This document shows, piece by piece, positions 38,570 through 47,676 of a stretch of DNA of 64,000 nt (within the stretch, counting starts at the first letter, position 1; every line of letters begins with the position of its first letter). The translations under genes were made by a program, and so were the position numbers. The DNA lies in assembly GCA_001002135.1 (NCBI GenBank), contig LCLP01000001.1, forward strand, positions 361,114 through 425,113, in the 5' to 3' direction. The DNA comes from Candidatus Pacebacteria bacterium GW2011_GWA1_46_10 (GTDB lineage: Bacteria > Patescibacteriota > Microgenomatia > UBA1400 > PJMF01). The notes beneath the pieces were generated by a model. The model saw only the letters and a list, made by a program, of their open reading frames with translations, had not been told where the DNA came from and searched no databases.

Positions 38570-39915
38570 TGAAACTGAAAGAAAAGATTTTACTCGTTCT
38601 GATTTTGGCGACAGCGTTTTTCCTGCGGGTGTGGCGTTATTATGATTTTCCGGTGGGTGGGGAGACCGCGGATGAAAGTGCATGGACGCTTTTAGGGGCA
38701 AGCCTGATTCAAGAACGGGTGCCGGCTTCATGGTCTTATTTTTTGCCCTACGAAAATTATCATTATGTGGAAGGGCTGTTTGATGCCCCGATTGTCCGGC
38801 CAGCACTTGACCATCCCCCACTCTTCTCGCTTGTACCGGGAACGGCCCATAGTTTAAAATCATTTTGGTTAGACTCCCCTTCTTTTAAAGTTATTCGCTT
38901 ACCGATGGTGCTACTGGGTACGCTTAATGTTTTGTTATTTTGGTTCGTGGTGAGGCAAATTTTCGCTCAGACAAAGTGGGTGGTCTTGGCTACTGCACTC
39001 TTTGCCACGATACCAACAATTGTTTTTGGCAGTCGGCTGGTAGTGGCCGAAAACTTGCTTATTACTTGGATTTTGTTGGCGATGCTGTTGGTTTTTCGCC
39101 GGCCGACCAAGCAACGAACTCTGTGGTTAGTACTAATCAGTATTGCCGCCGTGCTCACAAAGGTGGCAGGGTTGATCGTGCCTATTTCTTTATTGGTGTA
39201 TGGTTTGCTCACTCGACAAAAAATCGTTGCCCGGACTGGGGTAGTTGGCGGCTTACTTGGTATTGGTTTATTTGCTTTCTATGGGGTGGTGTATAACTGG
39301 CCGCTTTTTGTGGCAGTGGTGGCAATTCAGTCAACCAGAGCATTAGGCTTGGCCACCTTACAAAATCGGTTGTTTCTTAATCCAGTGCTAGTCAAACACA
39401 TTTTTTTCGACGGTTGGCAAGTAATGGGAATCATGGCTGCGGTGGCTTTGCTTTTGCATCGATCAAACGACAAAAAACTGCTGTTAGCTCATATTTTTAC
39501 AGTAGCGTCACTGTTGTTTATTGCTCTCAGCGTGGGTGAAAGTACTTTTCATGGTTGGTATGACTTTGTTTTGTGGCCAAGTTTAATAATCAGTTTAGCC
39601 GGTTTTCTCAAGATACTGTTCGAAACAAGCAATACACTGTTGTTCGGCATCTTCTGGCTAATGACGCTGCCGGTCATGCGCTTGGCGCTCGTTTTCACTG
39701 ACCAGTATGAGCACCTTGCTGGTTGGTTGGTAAGAGTAATGATTGGGTTAGGTTTTTTGCCGCTGTTGTGGCAGACGCTTGACCGACAAAAACTAGTGAG
39801 AATAACTCCTTGGTTGTTATTGATAGGTCTGCTGGGGTTCAACGTGGTGACGATTCTTACCGTCTCGCACGAAGCTTACTGGGTGCAGGCCGCTTTTTTT
39901 GAGTTGCCTTTATAA
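38569..39915 (+). CDS. PMT-like (GT39) protein O-mannosyltransferase-family membrane glycosyltransferase
   Basis: First loop GGETADESAW...LDHPPLFSLV. The DE and HPPL motifs are diagnostic of the PMT/PMT_2 family. About 11 TM helices. Confidence 0.6.
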   Translation: MKLKEKILLVLILATAFFLRVWRYYDFPVGGETADESAWTLLGASLIQERVPASWSYFLPYENYHYVEGLFDAPIVRPALDHPPLFSLVPGTAHSLKSFWLDSPSFKVIRLPMVLLGTLNVLLFWFVVRQIFAQTKWVVLATALFATIPTIVFGSRLVVAENLLITWILLAMLLVFRRPTKQRTLWLVLISIAAVLTKVAGLIVPISLLVYGLLTRQKIVARTGVVGGLLGIGLFAFYGVVYNWPLFVAVVAIQSTRALGLATLQNRLFLNPVLVKHIFFDGWQVMGIMAAVALLLHRSNDKKLLLAHIFTVASLLFIALSVGESTFHGWYDFVLWPSLIISLAGFLKILFETSNTLLFGIFWLMTLPVMRLALVFTDQYEHLAGWLVRVMIGLGFLPLLWQTLDRQKLVRITPWLLLIGLLGFNVVTILTVSHEAYWVQAAFFELPL

Positions 39916-41026
39916 AATGTTTTGATCCCCAGACGCTTAAAATGGCCCAAAATGGCAAAAGTGGAATAAGATACCGAGCATATGAAGCTGAACCAAAAGC
40001 GTAGTAGATCATCATCGCTTGAGCGTACCCGTAGAGGGTGAGAGCGTATTTATTTTGGCGAAAGAGAAAAACTCCGCTCAAAAGTTGCACGACAAACATC
40101 AGTGGCCAACTTAAAGACCAGCCGTAAGCAATTTCGGTCGCGACCGCTGCCCACCACCCCTTGAATTGACCAGTAAAAAGAGTTTGGAAGATCAGAAACT
40201 TTGGTTGGTTCCGACCCTCGATCCACCAGTGAAAACGGAACAGTTCAAACCGGATGAAGTCAAGGGGGTTGGGGTGATGGACAAAGTAAACCAGATAGGT
40301 TGCTAAATAGGTGAGTATGGCTGCCACTGAGCCAACCACAAAAGCCTTTATGTTTCGCTCGCTCAGACTCCACAGCAGCATAATCAGGAAGAATAAGCCA
40401 ACCGTCGGGAATAAATACTTGATACTACTGAGTAAGCCCAGCGTGATGCCCGCCCATAAGTATTTTTTTCGGTGGTTTGAGAACAAACAAGTAAAAAAGC
40501 CGAGAATAGCTACCAGCTGCGGGAAGTCCAAGAGCGGCTCGCTCACGTGATCATGTAGAATAGCCAAGTTGCCGACAATGACCACGGTGATCAGGGCAAA
40601 ATTTGTATCACGGATCACTCTCCAAGCTAAATAGTAAACCATCACTAAAGCAGCAGCGAACAAGACAAGATTGAGGAGAGCCGGATTGCCCGTCAGTAAG
40701 TAAGAGAAGCCAATCCAGTATTTGGCCAGCGGTGGGTGCTCAAAGTTGATGTTGGTGGGATCCTCACCCTTAATGTAGGTGTACCCGGCGTAGGTGTATA
40801 AAGTGGCGTCATCTATTTTGTTGCGCGCCGCTTCGCCGCGCACATACTGTGACCGGCTGTACTGACGACCCTCAAACTCAATCATGGTTGGTGAAAAGAA
40901 TTTTTGTGGATGCTTCAGGATTGGCACTGCTGTTAAAACCAAGACAAATAACCACAGTATTTTGGGAAATGATTTGAGAGCCTTTGACATGAGTGTAGTT
41001 TTGGCCTGTGAAGCACCAATTGTCAA
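39857..41026 (-). CDS. PMT-like (GT39/PMT_2) membrane glycosyltransferase
   Basis: DDATLYTYAGYTYIKGEDPTNINFEHPPLAKYWIGFSY is a classic PMT_2 loop-1 motif. Polytopic. Confidence 0.6.
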   Translation of the reverse strand: MTIGASQAKTTLMSKALKSFPKILWLFVLVLTAVPILKHPQKFFSPTMIEFEGRQYSRSQYVRGEAARNKIDDATLYTYAGYTYIKGEDPTNINFEHPPLAKYWIGFSYLLTGNPALLNLVLFAAALVMVYYLAWRVIRDTNFALITVVIVGNLAILHDHVSEPLLDFPQLVAILGFFTCLFSNHRKKYLWAGITLGLLSSIKYLFPTVGLFFLIMLLWSLSERNIKAFVVGSVAAILTYLATYLVYFVHHPNPLDFIRFELFRFHWWIEGRNQPKFLIFQTLFTGQFKGWWAAVATEIAYGWSLSWPLMFVVQLLSGVFLFRQNKYALTLYGYAQAMMIYYAFGSASYARYLIPLLPFWAILSVWGSKHFIKATQKKRPAPSKLRARR

Positions 41027-41280
41027 TAATTGGAAACTGAATCACAGGAAGATACCTCGTTTTTTTATTAAGGTGATCTTAAAGTGATTTACGGTATTGT
41101 ACTCTTTTGATATAGATTTATATATACAGAAAAATCAGATTGATTTTTTGAAAAATAATGGAAATATTTTAAAAATAGTTCAGCAAATTTACCACCAGAC
41201 GGTAAATGATTTGATTGGGCTTTTTTTGCTTTTCTGCTTGATCAAACTCGTTGTCAGTTTATCTCGGGGTGAAAAAACAG

Positions 41281-41286
41281 TACAAT
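41281..41286 (+). promoter_or_regulatory. candidate -10 hexamer (TACAAT, inside TACAATAGG) 6 nt upstream of ATG 41293; no Shine-Dalgarno sequence. Candidate promoter of the long plus-strand glycosyltransferase operon
   Basis: The AT-rich 225-bp divergent intergenic region 41027-41250 precedes cagTACAATAGGctcATG. Confidence 0.3.
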
Positions 41287-41292
41287 AGGCTC

Positions 41293-42201
41293 ATGGCACA
41301 CCATAAACTCTCAGTGGTGATTCACACCAAAAATGCCGCTGAGACGATTGAAAGAGCTTTGCGGTCAGTCGAGTTTGCCGATGAGAAAGTCATCATCGAC
41401 ATGCACAGCACTGATCAGACAGTGAAACTGGCCAAGCGGTTTACCAAACGCATTTACCTCCATCATGACGTCGGCTACGCTGATCCGGCCAGAAACTTTG
41501 GCCTGAAAAAAGCTCGGTTTGACTGGATTTTAGTGTTGGATGCCGATGAGAAGGTTTCACCTGAATTGCGGGCAGTAATTGAAGCTACTTTGGCCGAGCC
41601 CAAAGCAGATGTGTATTATTTGCCGCGCCAAAACTTTGTCTTTGGCCAATGGATTTTGCGGACCGGTTGGTGGCCAGACTATCAACCGCGTTTGTTTAAA
41701 AGGGGGACTGTTTCTTGGCAAATTGGGGTCCACCGGTTGCCTGATATCATAGGGTCTGTGGCGTATTTTCCGGCCGAAGAGCGATTTGCGTTAACTCATT
41801 ATAACTACACCACGGTCGCTCAGTTTATTGATCGATTGAACGCGTATACAACACTGCAAGCTCAGGAAAGACTGGCCGCTTCACCTCAAGATCATTTTTC
41901 CACCAGAGAGTTGCTGGAGATTTTTGGTGGCGAGTTTGCCAAACGCGCCCTGACTTTGGATGGTGTCCAAGATGGTTTTCATGGTGTGTCGCTGTCTTTA
42001 CTCCAAGCGATGTATGAGTCGGTGGTGTACCTTAAGCAGTGGGAAGAGAAAGGCTTTAGCCAAGCTGGGTCGGGGGATTTTGGCGCGGCTTTGACTCGAG
42101 TACAGCAAGTGTGGCGTTATTGGTGGGCCGATTACATGGTCCGGCAAACGGGAGGAATCAAACAGTGGTACTGGCGGGTGCGCCGGAAACTGATGGTGTG
42201 A
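41293..42201 (+). CDS. glycosyltransferase family 2
   Basis: KLSVVIHTKNAAETIERAL...LDADE GT-A fold. The track's 41251 start is TTG; ATG 41293 is preferred. Confidence 0.7.
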   Translation: MAHHKLSVVIHTKNAAETIERALRSVEFADEKVIIDMHSTDQTVKLAKRFTKRIYLHHDVGYADPARNFGLKKARFDWILVLDADEKVSPELRAVIEATLAEPKADVYYLPRQNFVFGQWILRTGWWPDYQPRLFKRGTVSWQIGVHRLPDIIGSVAYFPAEERFALTHYNYTTVAQFIDRLNAYTTLQAQERLAASPQDHFSTRELLEIFGGEFAKRALTLDGVQDGFHGVSLSLLQAMYESVVYLKQWEEKGFSQAGSGDFGAALTRVQQVWRYWWADYMVRQTGGIKQWYWRVRRKLMV

Positions 42202-42207
42202 TTATTT

Positions 42208-43941
42208 ATGGAGCATTTCATACAAAAATATCAGAGATGGATCTTGGGACTGATCATTATCTTGGCAGTCTTTGTTCGTTTTTATCAGCTTGGCCAGGTG
42301 CCCATTGAGTTGACTCGCGATGAGGCCTCGCTGGGGTTTACTGCTTTTTCCTTACTCGAAACCGGTCGTGAAGAGCATGGCACTTTCTGGCCGGTACAGA
42401 TTGAGTCTTTTGGCGATTGGAAATTGCCGCTGTATGTCTATACTTTGATTCCGTTTATCAAGCTTTTTGGGTTGACGATGTGGTCTGTCCGGCTGCCAAG
42501 CGCTTTGGCAGGAGTGAGTATCGTTGTGAGTAGTTTTTACCTTGTTTCACTGCTGACTCAAGACAAGAAGTATCGACTGTGGCTGAAACTTGGTGTACCA
42601 CTTCTCTTGGCTGTTTCGCCCTGGGCGGTTCATTTTGGCCACGTGGCGTATGAAGCGCACCTGTCCTTGGCTGTTTTCTTGTGGGGGCTAGTCGGCGTTT
42701 TAACCGTGATTCGGGATTTTGAGGCCCACCAACAACGGCGGCTGGGGCGTTTGATTAGTTCACTGTGTCTTTGGTCGCTGACTCTCTTGGGCTATCACGC
42801 TTACCAAGTATTTGTGCCGCTGTTGGTGGTGTTTGTTGGCTGGGTGTATTGGTCGACGTGGCGGCGGTTTTTCGGGGTAAAACGAAGGTTGCTGTTTGGC
42901 GTGGCCGCGCCTTTTGTGATAGTTGGGTTGTTACTATTGGGGAGTGGGGCGCAGGGAGCAAATCAAGTAAAGTTCAGCGGGCTTTCGATCTTTAGTTTAG
43001 AAGCTTACACCAAAGTGGTGGATAGTGCTCGAAAAGCTTTCAGTGATCCAAGCAACCCCTTTTTTGTTTTAGCGGCTAATAAAGTCGGTGCATTTTTTGA
43101 ACAAGTGCAAACAAATTTTTTCCGATTGATCTCACCAGAATTTTTGTTTTTACAGGGTGGAGCAAATCACGGCCACAATATTACAGGATTTGGAAATTTT
43201 TATCCTCTAATATTTTTCGGTCTGGTAGTTGGGATAGCTTCAATTATTATAGAACGTAAACAATGGTTGTATTTATTGGGCAGTTGGGTGGTAGCGGCCA
43301 GTGTGGCCCCGATGATTACTTTTGAGGCTAATCACACTACCCGTTTTTCGCCTGGATTTGTGGTGCTAGAAATTCTCTCGGTCTATGGTTGGGTTAAAAT
43401 AATCAAAACTGTCCGAAAAACACTTGGCAAAGTATGGCTGATGTTATTTTTATCGGCTCTTACTCTAGGCCTATCCTATAGTGTGTATCGTTTCTTGATT
43501 CATTATTATTTTGTTTTTCCGGTTCGAGATGCTCAATATTGGTTGTGGCAGATTAAACCGATTGTTTATTTTGTTAATGAGGTGAAAGCAGACTATGATG
43601 CAGTTTACATTCAAGATGAGAAATATTCGCCCTATACCTATTTTTTGTTTTACGAACCAGGCAATCCAGCTCAACTTTCACAGCGGATCGAGTATTACCC
43701 GGCAGATTTTGAGGGTTTTCGTCATGTGAGACGGCTCGATAACATCTATTTCCAAACCATTAATTGGGATGATCAATTGCTGTATGCTGACCAAAAAGTA
43801 TTGTTTGTAGTGGAAGAAAATAAAATGCCTGAACACCTTTCTTCACGATCGACTACAAAGCTCTTGATGACTTTAAAGCATGAATGGGTCCCAAAAGGTG
43901 TTGAAGTTTGGGAGTATCAGGGTTTATCTCTGGAAAAATAG
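42208..43941 (+). CDS. GT-C membrane glycosyltransferase, ArnT/PMT-like (paralog group A)
   Basis: Loop-1 LTRDEASLGFTAFSLLETGREEHGTFWPVQIESFGDWKLPLYVY..., about 12 TM helices, and a C-terminal soluble domain. Confidence 0.65.
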   Translation: MEHFIQKYQRWILGLIIILAVFVRFYQLGQVPIELTRDEASLGFTAFSLLETGREEHGTFWPVQIESFGDWKLPLYVYTLIPFIKLFGLTMWSVRLPSALAGVSIVVSSFYLVSLLTQDKKYRLWLKLGVPLLLAVSPWAVHFGHVAYEAHLSLAVFLWGLVGVLTVIRDFEAHQQRRLGRLISSLCLWSLTLLGYHAYQVFVPLLVVFVGWVYWSTWRRFFGVKRRLLFGVAAPFVIVGLLLLGSGAQGANQVKFSGLSIFSLEAYTKVVDSARKAFSDPSNPFFVLAANKVGAFFEQVQTNFFRLISPEFLFLQGGANHGHNITGFGNFYPLIFFGLVVGIASIIIERKQWLYLLGSWVVAASVAPMITFEANHTTRFSPGFVVLEILSVYGWVKIIKTVRKTLGKVWLMLFLSALTLGLSYSVYRFLIHYYFVFPVRDAQYWLWQIKPIVYFVNEVKADYDAVYIQDEKYSPYTYFLFYEPGNPAQLSQRIEYYPADFEGFRHVRRLDNIYFQTINWDDQLLYADQKVLFVVEENKMPEHLSSRSTTKLLMTLKHEWVPKGVEVWEYQGLSLEK

Positions 43942-43956
43942 TATAATAAAGCCGAC

Positions 43957-44874
43957 ATGGAACACTTAACGACTATCATTGTCAATTACAACACCCCCAA
44001 AGAAACTGAGTTAGCGATTCGCTCGGCGGTTAATGCCACGGCGGAAGATTTTACCCATCAAGTGATCGTGGTTGATAACGGTTCCAAGGAGCCGCTGCGA
44101 CTGCCTAAAGATTTACGGAAAGCCAAAGTAGAATTGATTAGAAGTGAGTCAAATCTTGGTTTTACTGGTGGTAACAACCTTGGGATGAGCCACGCGGTCA
44201 AACAATACCAAACTGACTATTTTTTACTTTTAAACTCTGATGCCATCGTGGAAAAACAGGCCATTCAAGCCCTTTACAATGCACTGAAAGCTGATCCTAA
44301 GACTGGCATTGCTGTATCAAAAATCTACTTTACTCCAGGTTTAGAGTTTCACCGAAAAAGTTATAAAAAGTCAGAGCGAGGAAAAGTGTTGTGGTTTGCT
44401 GGCGGCAGTATTGATTGGGCGAATATAGCCGCTTTTCATCGCGGAGTAGATGAGGTGGATCGGGGACAATATGATGAGCAAAAGAGCTGTGACTTTGCCA
44501 CGGGTTGCGCGCTCTTAGTCAAAAGAGTGGTGACTGAACACGTTGGGATCTTGGATAAACGCTTTTTTTTGTACGCTGAGGATGTTGACTTCAGTTTAAG
44601 AGTGAGAAAGGCTGGGTATAAAATTGTTTTTGTGCCTCGGTCAATAGTGTGGCACATGAATAGCGGTTCGGTGGCTGGCGGAGCTGGTTCCAAAACACAA
44701 CAATATTACCAAACTCGCAACCGCTTACTTTTGGCCGCCAAACACGGTAGCTGGCGCCAGCGTTTAACGGGTTTACGACTAGCCTTTCAAACACTTACTC
44801 GAGGGAATGACGCGGAACGGAAAGGGGTGGTTGATTTCTTTTTACTCCGTTATGGGAAACAGCCAATTGTATGA
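43957..44874 (+). CDS. glycosyltransferase family 2 (rhamnosyltransferase-like)
   Basis: TIIVNYNTPKETELAIRS...VVDNGS...LLLNSDAIVE. Confidence 0.75.
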   Translation: MEHLTTIIVNYNTPKETELAIRSAVNATAEDFTHQVIVVDNGSKEPLRLPKDLRKAKVELIRSESNLGFTGGNNLGMSHAVKQYQTDYFLLLNSDAIVEKQAIQALYNALKADPKTGIAVSKIYFTPGLEFHRKSYKKSERGKVLWFAGGSIDWANIAAFHRGVDEVDRGQYDEQKSCDFATGCALLVKRVVTEHVGILDKRFFLYAEDVDFSLRVRKAGYKIVFVPRSIVWHMNSGSVAGGAGSKTQQYYQTRNRLLLAAKHGSWRQRLTGLRLAFQTLTRGNDAERKGVVDFFLLRYGKQPIV

Positions 44875-45692
44875 AAGTCAACGTCACGGCCATTATTATT
44901 GCTCGCAATGAAGCAGCGATGATTACTGAGTGTCTTCGCACCTTGAGTTGGTGTCGCGAGGTTTTAGTCATTGATGACAGTTCCACTGATCAAACCGCCC
45001 AGCAGGCAGAAAACTTAGGGGCGCGTGTTGTAGAGTTTTCTCATCCCTCATTTGCTCGTAAACGTAATGAAGCGCTCAAACACGCTCAGGGGGACTGGCT
45101 ATTTTATATTGATGCAGACGAGCGAGTGACCCCCACTTTGGCTAAAGAAATTCTGGTTCATATCGAGACTGACGCTGCGCCGGTGCTACGACTGGCGCGG
45201 GAAAACTTTGCCTATGGCCATCTTTTCCAACACGGTGGGTGGCAAAGAGATTTTGTCACTCGGGTGTTTAAAAAAAACGCTTTACAAAGGTGGACGGGTG
45301 AGATTCATGAAAGTCCACAATTTATTGGAGCAGTAAAAACCCTTCGTTCGCCACTATTGCACCTTACGCACCGCAGTACTGAGGAAAACTTACGCAAATC
45401 TGCTGATTGGACTAAATTGGAAGCAGAGTTGTTGTACAAAGCGGGCGAAAAGCCAGTGACGTTTTTTACCCTGCTTCGCAAAGGAGGAATGGAATTTTTC
45501 CGTCGAGCTATTATTCAGCGGGGGTACCGTGACGGTTTGGCCGGTCTGATTGAGGCGTTGGCACAAGGCATCAACCGCGTTACTGTCTATATTCAAGTTT
45601 GGGAACTCCAACAAAAACCACCCTTGTCCGAGCGCTATCAAAAAAAAGATCAAGAGTTGAGGCAATGGTGGCGGAAAGAAAAAGGAATTTAA
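44871..45692 (+). CDS. glycosyltransferase family 2
   Basis: VTAIIIARNEAAMITECL...VIDDSSTDQT...YIDADE. Confidence 0.75.
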   Translation: MKVNVTAIIIARNEAAMITECLRTLSWCREVLVIDDSSTDQTAQQAENLGARVVEFSHPSFARKRNEALKHAQGDWLFYIDADERVTPTLAKEILVHIETDAAPVLRLARENFAYGHLFQHGGWQRDFVTRVFKKNALQRWTGEIHESPQFIGAVKTLRSPLLHLTHRSTEENLRKSADWTKLEAELLYKAGEKPVTFFTLLRKGGMEFFRRAIIQRGYRDGLAGLIEALAQGINRVTVYIQVWELQQKPPLSERYQKKDQELRQWWRKEKGI

Positions 45693-45696
45693 CGGT

Positions 45697-46818
45697 ATGC
45701 GTTTTTGTCTCTATTCGCCTTATTTCCCCAAACACTTTGGCGGCGGAGAAAAATATTTACTTGATGTTGCCCAAGTGCTGGCTCATTATGGGCAGGTAGA
45801 GCTGGCAGTGGCTGGCAGTGAACTTGATGAAGCGAAAGCGCGGCGTATCTTCAAGCAGTACGAACGTTTTATGGGTCAATCGCTTCATCAATTGCGCTTG
45901 GTGAACTCGCCGTTAGGCACCACCGCTTCGTTCTGGCGAAAGCTTCGGTGGACCAGACAATACGACTTGTTGTATTACCTGACCGATGGGAGTTTTTTTC
46001 TCAGTTGGGCTCGGCGTAACGTGATGCATATTCAGGTGCCACTGACTCGAGCCCCGCTTACCCCATGGGAAAGAGTGAAAAGACTTTCTTGGCATTTTAT
46101 TAATACCAACTCTATTTTTACGAAACAAACTGTGGAGAAATATTGGCATTTGCCGGTTAACGCAGTTCATTGGCCAATGGTTGATGTGGTGCAGTTTCAA
46201 CTGTTGTCAGAGCAACTCAAAAAAGAAAATATTATTCTGCACGTTGGTCGTTTTTTTCGGCAAATGCACAGTAAACGACAAGACGTTTTAGTGCGTTTTT
46301 TTGCCCACCTCCTTGAGCGCTATCCTCAGGAGAGTCGTGGGTGGAAACTAGTGCTGGTTGGCGCGGTTGAAGACAGAGAATTTGCCAAAGAAGTGAAAGC
46401 TGCGGCTCGCGGACTACCGGTGACGATAGTTCATAGTGTTTCGCGCTTAGAGCTTGATCGTTGGTACGCTCGAGCTAAGATTTATTGGCACGCGACTGGC
46501 TATGGGGCCTCCGAAGAGAAATATCCAGCGAAGATGGAACATTTTGGTATCAGTACGGTAGAAGCGATGGCCAGTGGAGCGGTGCCAGTGGTGATCGGCA
46601 AAGGCGGCCAGCCGGAAATACTCGGTAAGGAGTTAAAGGAGTTGTTGTGGCAAGATGAAAAAACGTGCCTTGAAAAGACAGTCGAACTTATGAACAATAC
46701 GGCTAAACTCGCTTTACTCGCTCAGAAAGCCCAAGTTCGCTCACAGCGTTTTGGGCCACAGGCGTTTGAAGACAACGTAGTAGCCATGTTAGGCAAATTA
46801 GGGCTTTTGGTGTCATAA
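45697..46818 (+). CDS. glycosyltransferase family 4 (GT-B fold)
   Basis: 373 aa. C-terminal GT1/GT4 signature region (EHFGISTVEAMASGAVPVV) with E-x7-E-like spacing. Confidence 0.7.
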   Translation: MRFCLYSPYFPKHFGGGEKYLLDVAQVLAHYGQVELAVAGSELDEAKARRIFKQYERFMGQSLHQLRLVNSPLGTTASFWRKLRWTRQYDLLYYLTDGSFFLSWARRNVMHIQVPLTRAPLTPWERVKRLSWHFINTNSIFTKQTVEKYWHLPVNAVHWPMVDVVQFQLLSEQLKKENIILHVGRFFRQMHSKRQDVLVRFFAHLLERYPQESRGWKLVLVGAVEDREFAKEVKAAARGLPVTIVHSVSRLELDRWYARAKIYWHATGYGASEEKYPAKMEHFGISTVEAMASGAVPVVIGKGGQPEILGKELKELLWQDEKTCLEKTVELMNNTAKLALLAQKAQVRSQRFGPQAFEDNVVAMLGKLGLLVS

Positions 46819-46821
46819 AGT

Positions 46822-47676
46822 ATGTCAACATCACTTTCACCTGTTTCCGCTGTCATTCCGACCTATAACGGCCGGCGGTTATTGGCAAAGCACCTGCCGG
46901 CAGTTTTTGCTTGTTTGAGCAATGGTGATGAATTAGTCATCGTGGAAGACGCTGGCCCAGATGATACAGTGCCTTGGACAACCAAGCAGTTTCGGTTACG
47001 AGCCGCTCGTGCACCCATTGCCGGCGTGAATGTCTCTCGTGGCAATTACACCAGTGGTCGCAAAAAAATAGCAGTGACCTTAGTCGTCAATCAACAAAAC
47101 CAACGGTTTGGGGAGACCTCGAATCGCGGAGTAAAAGTGGCCAAGCACCCGTTAATTTTTCTTATTAACAGTGATGTGGCCCCCAGAAAGACGGCCTTGA
47201 AGTATTTGGTGCCGTATTTTAAAGACCAGACTGTTTTTGCGGTTGGACTCTTGGAAAATGAACATGGCAAAAAAAGCGGGAAAAATAAATTGTGGTTTGA
47301 AAGAGGTATGTTTATTCATGCCAAGGCAGATAATTTTAAAGCCGGTCCTACGGCGTGGGTGAGTGGCGGCAGTGGTTTGTATAGTCAAGAAAAATGGTTG
47401 GAGATCGGCGGTTTTGACCGACTATTTTACCCGGCGTATTGGGAGGATATTGATCTCTCATTTCAAGCGCGCAAACGCGGTTGGCAAGTGCTTTTTGAGC
47501 CGAAAGCGGTGGTCGATCACAACCACGAAACGACGAATATTACTGTGTTTGGTCAGCGAAAAATGGAACAAATGAGTTGGCGCAATGCCAGTAAGTTTGT
47601 TTGGAAAAATGGAGATTTTTGGCAAAAGTTAGCCCACCTTTTATGGAAACCATACTGGTGGATTATCCGAAGTTAA
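46822..47676 (+). CDS. glycosyltransferase family 2
   Basis: VSAVIPTYNGRRLLAKHLPAV... and a DxD-type region (INSDV). Confidence 0.65.
   Translation: MSTSLSPVSAVIPTYNGRRLLAKHLPAVFACLSNGDELVIVEDAGPDDTVPWTTKQFRLRAARAPIAGVNVSRGNYTSGRKKIAVTLVVNQQNQRFGETSNRGVKVAKHPLIFLINSDVAPRKTALKYLVPYFKDQTVFAVGLLENEHGKKSGKNKLWFERGMFIHAKADNFKAGPTAWVSGGSGLYSQEKWLEIGGFDRLFYPAYWEDIDLSFQARKRGWQVLFEPKAVVDHNHETTNITVFGQRKMEQMSWRNASKFVWKNGDFWQKLAHLLWKPYWWIIRS

Noticed and set aside
41097-41288. 63-aa ORF in the AT-rich intergenic region upstream of the glycosyltransferase operon
   Set aside because: Low-complexity AT-driven translation (I/K/N/L-rich) with no RBS. It overlaps the candidate promoter, so it is more likely non-coding regulatory DNA.
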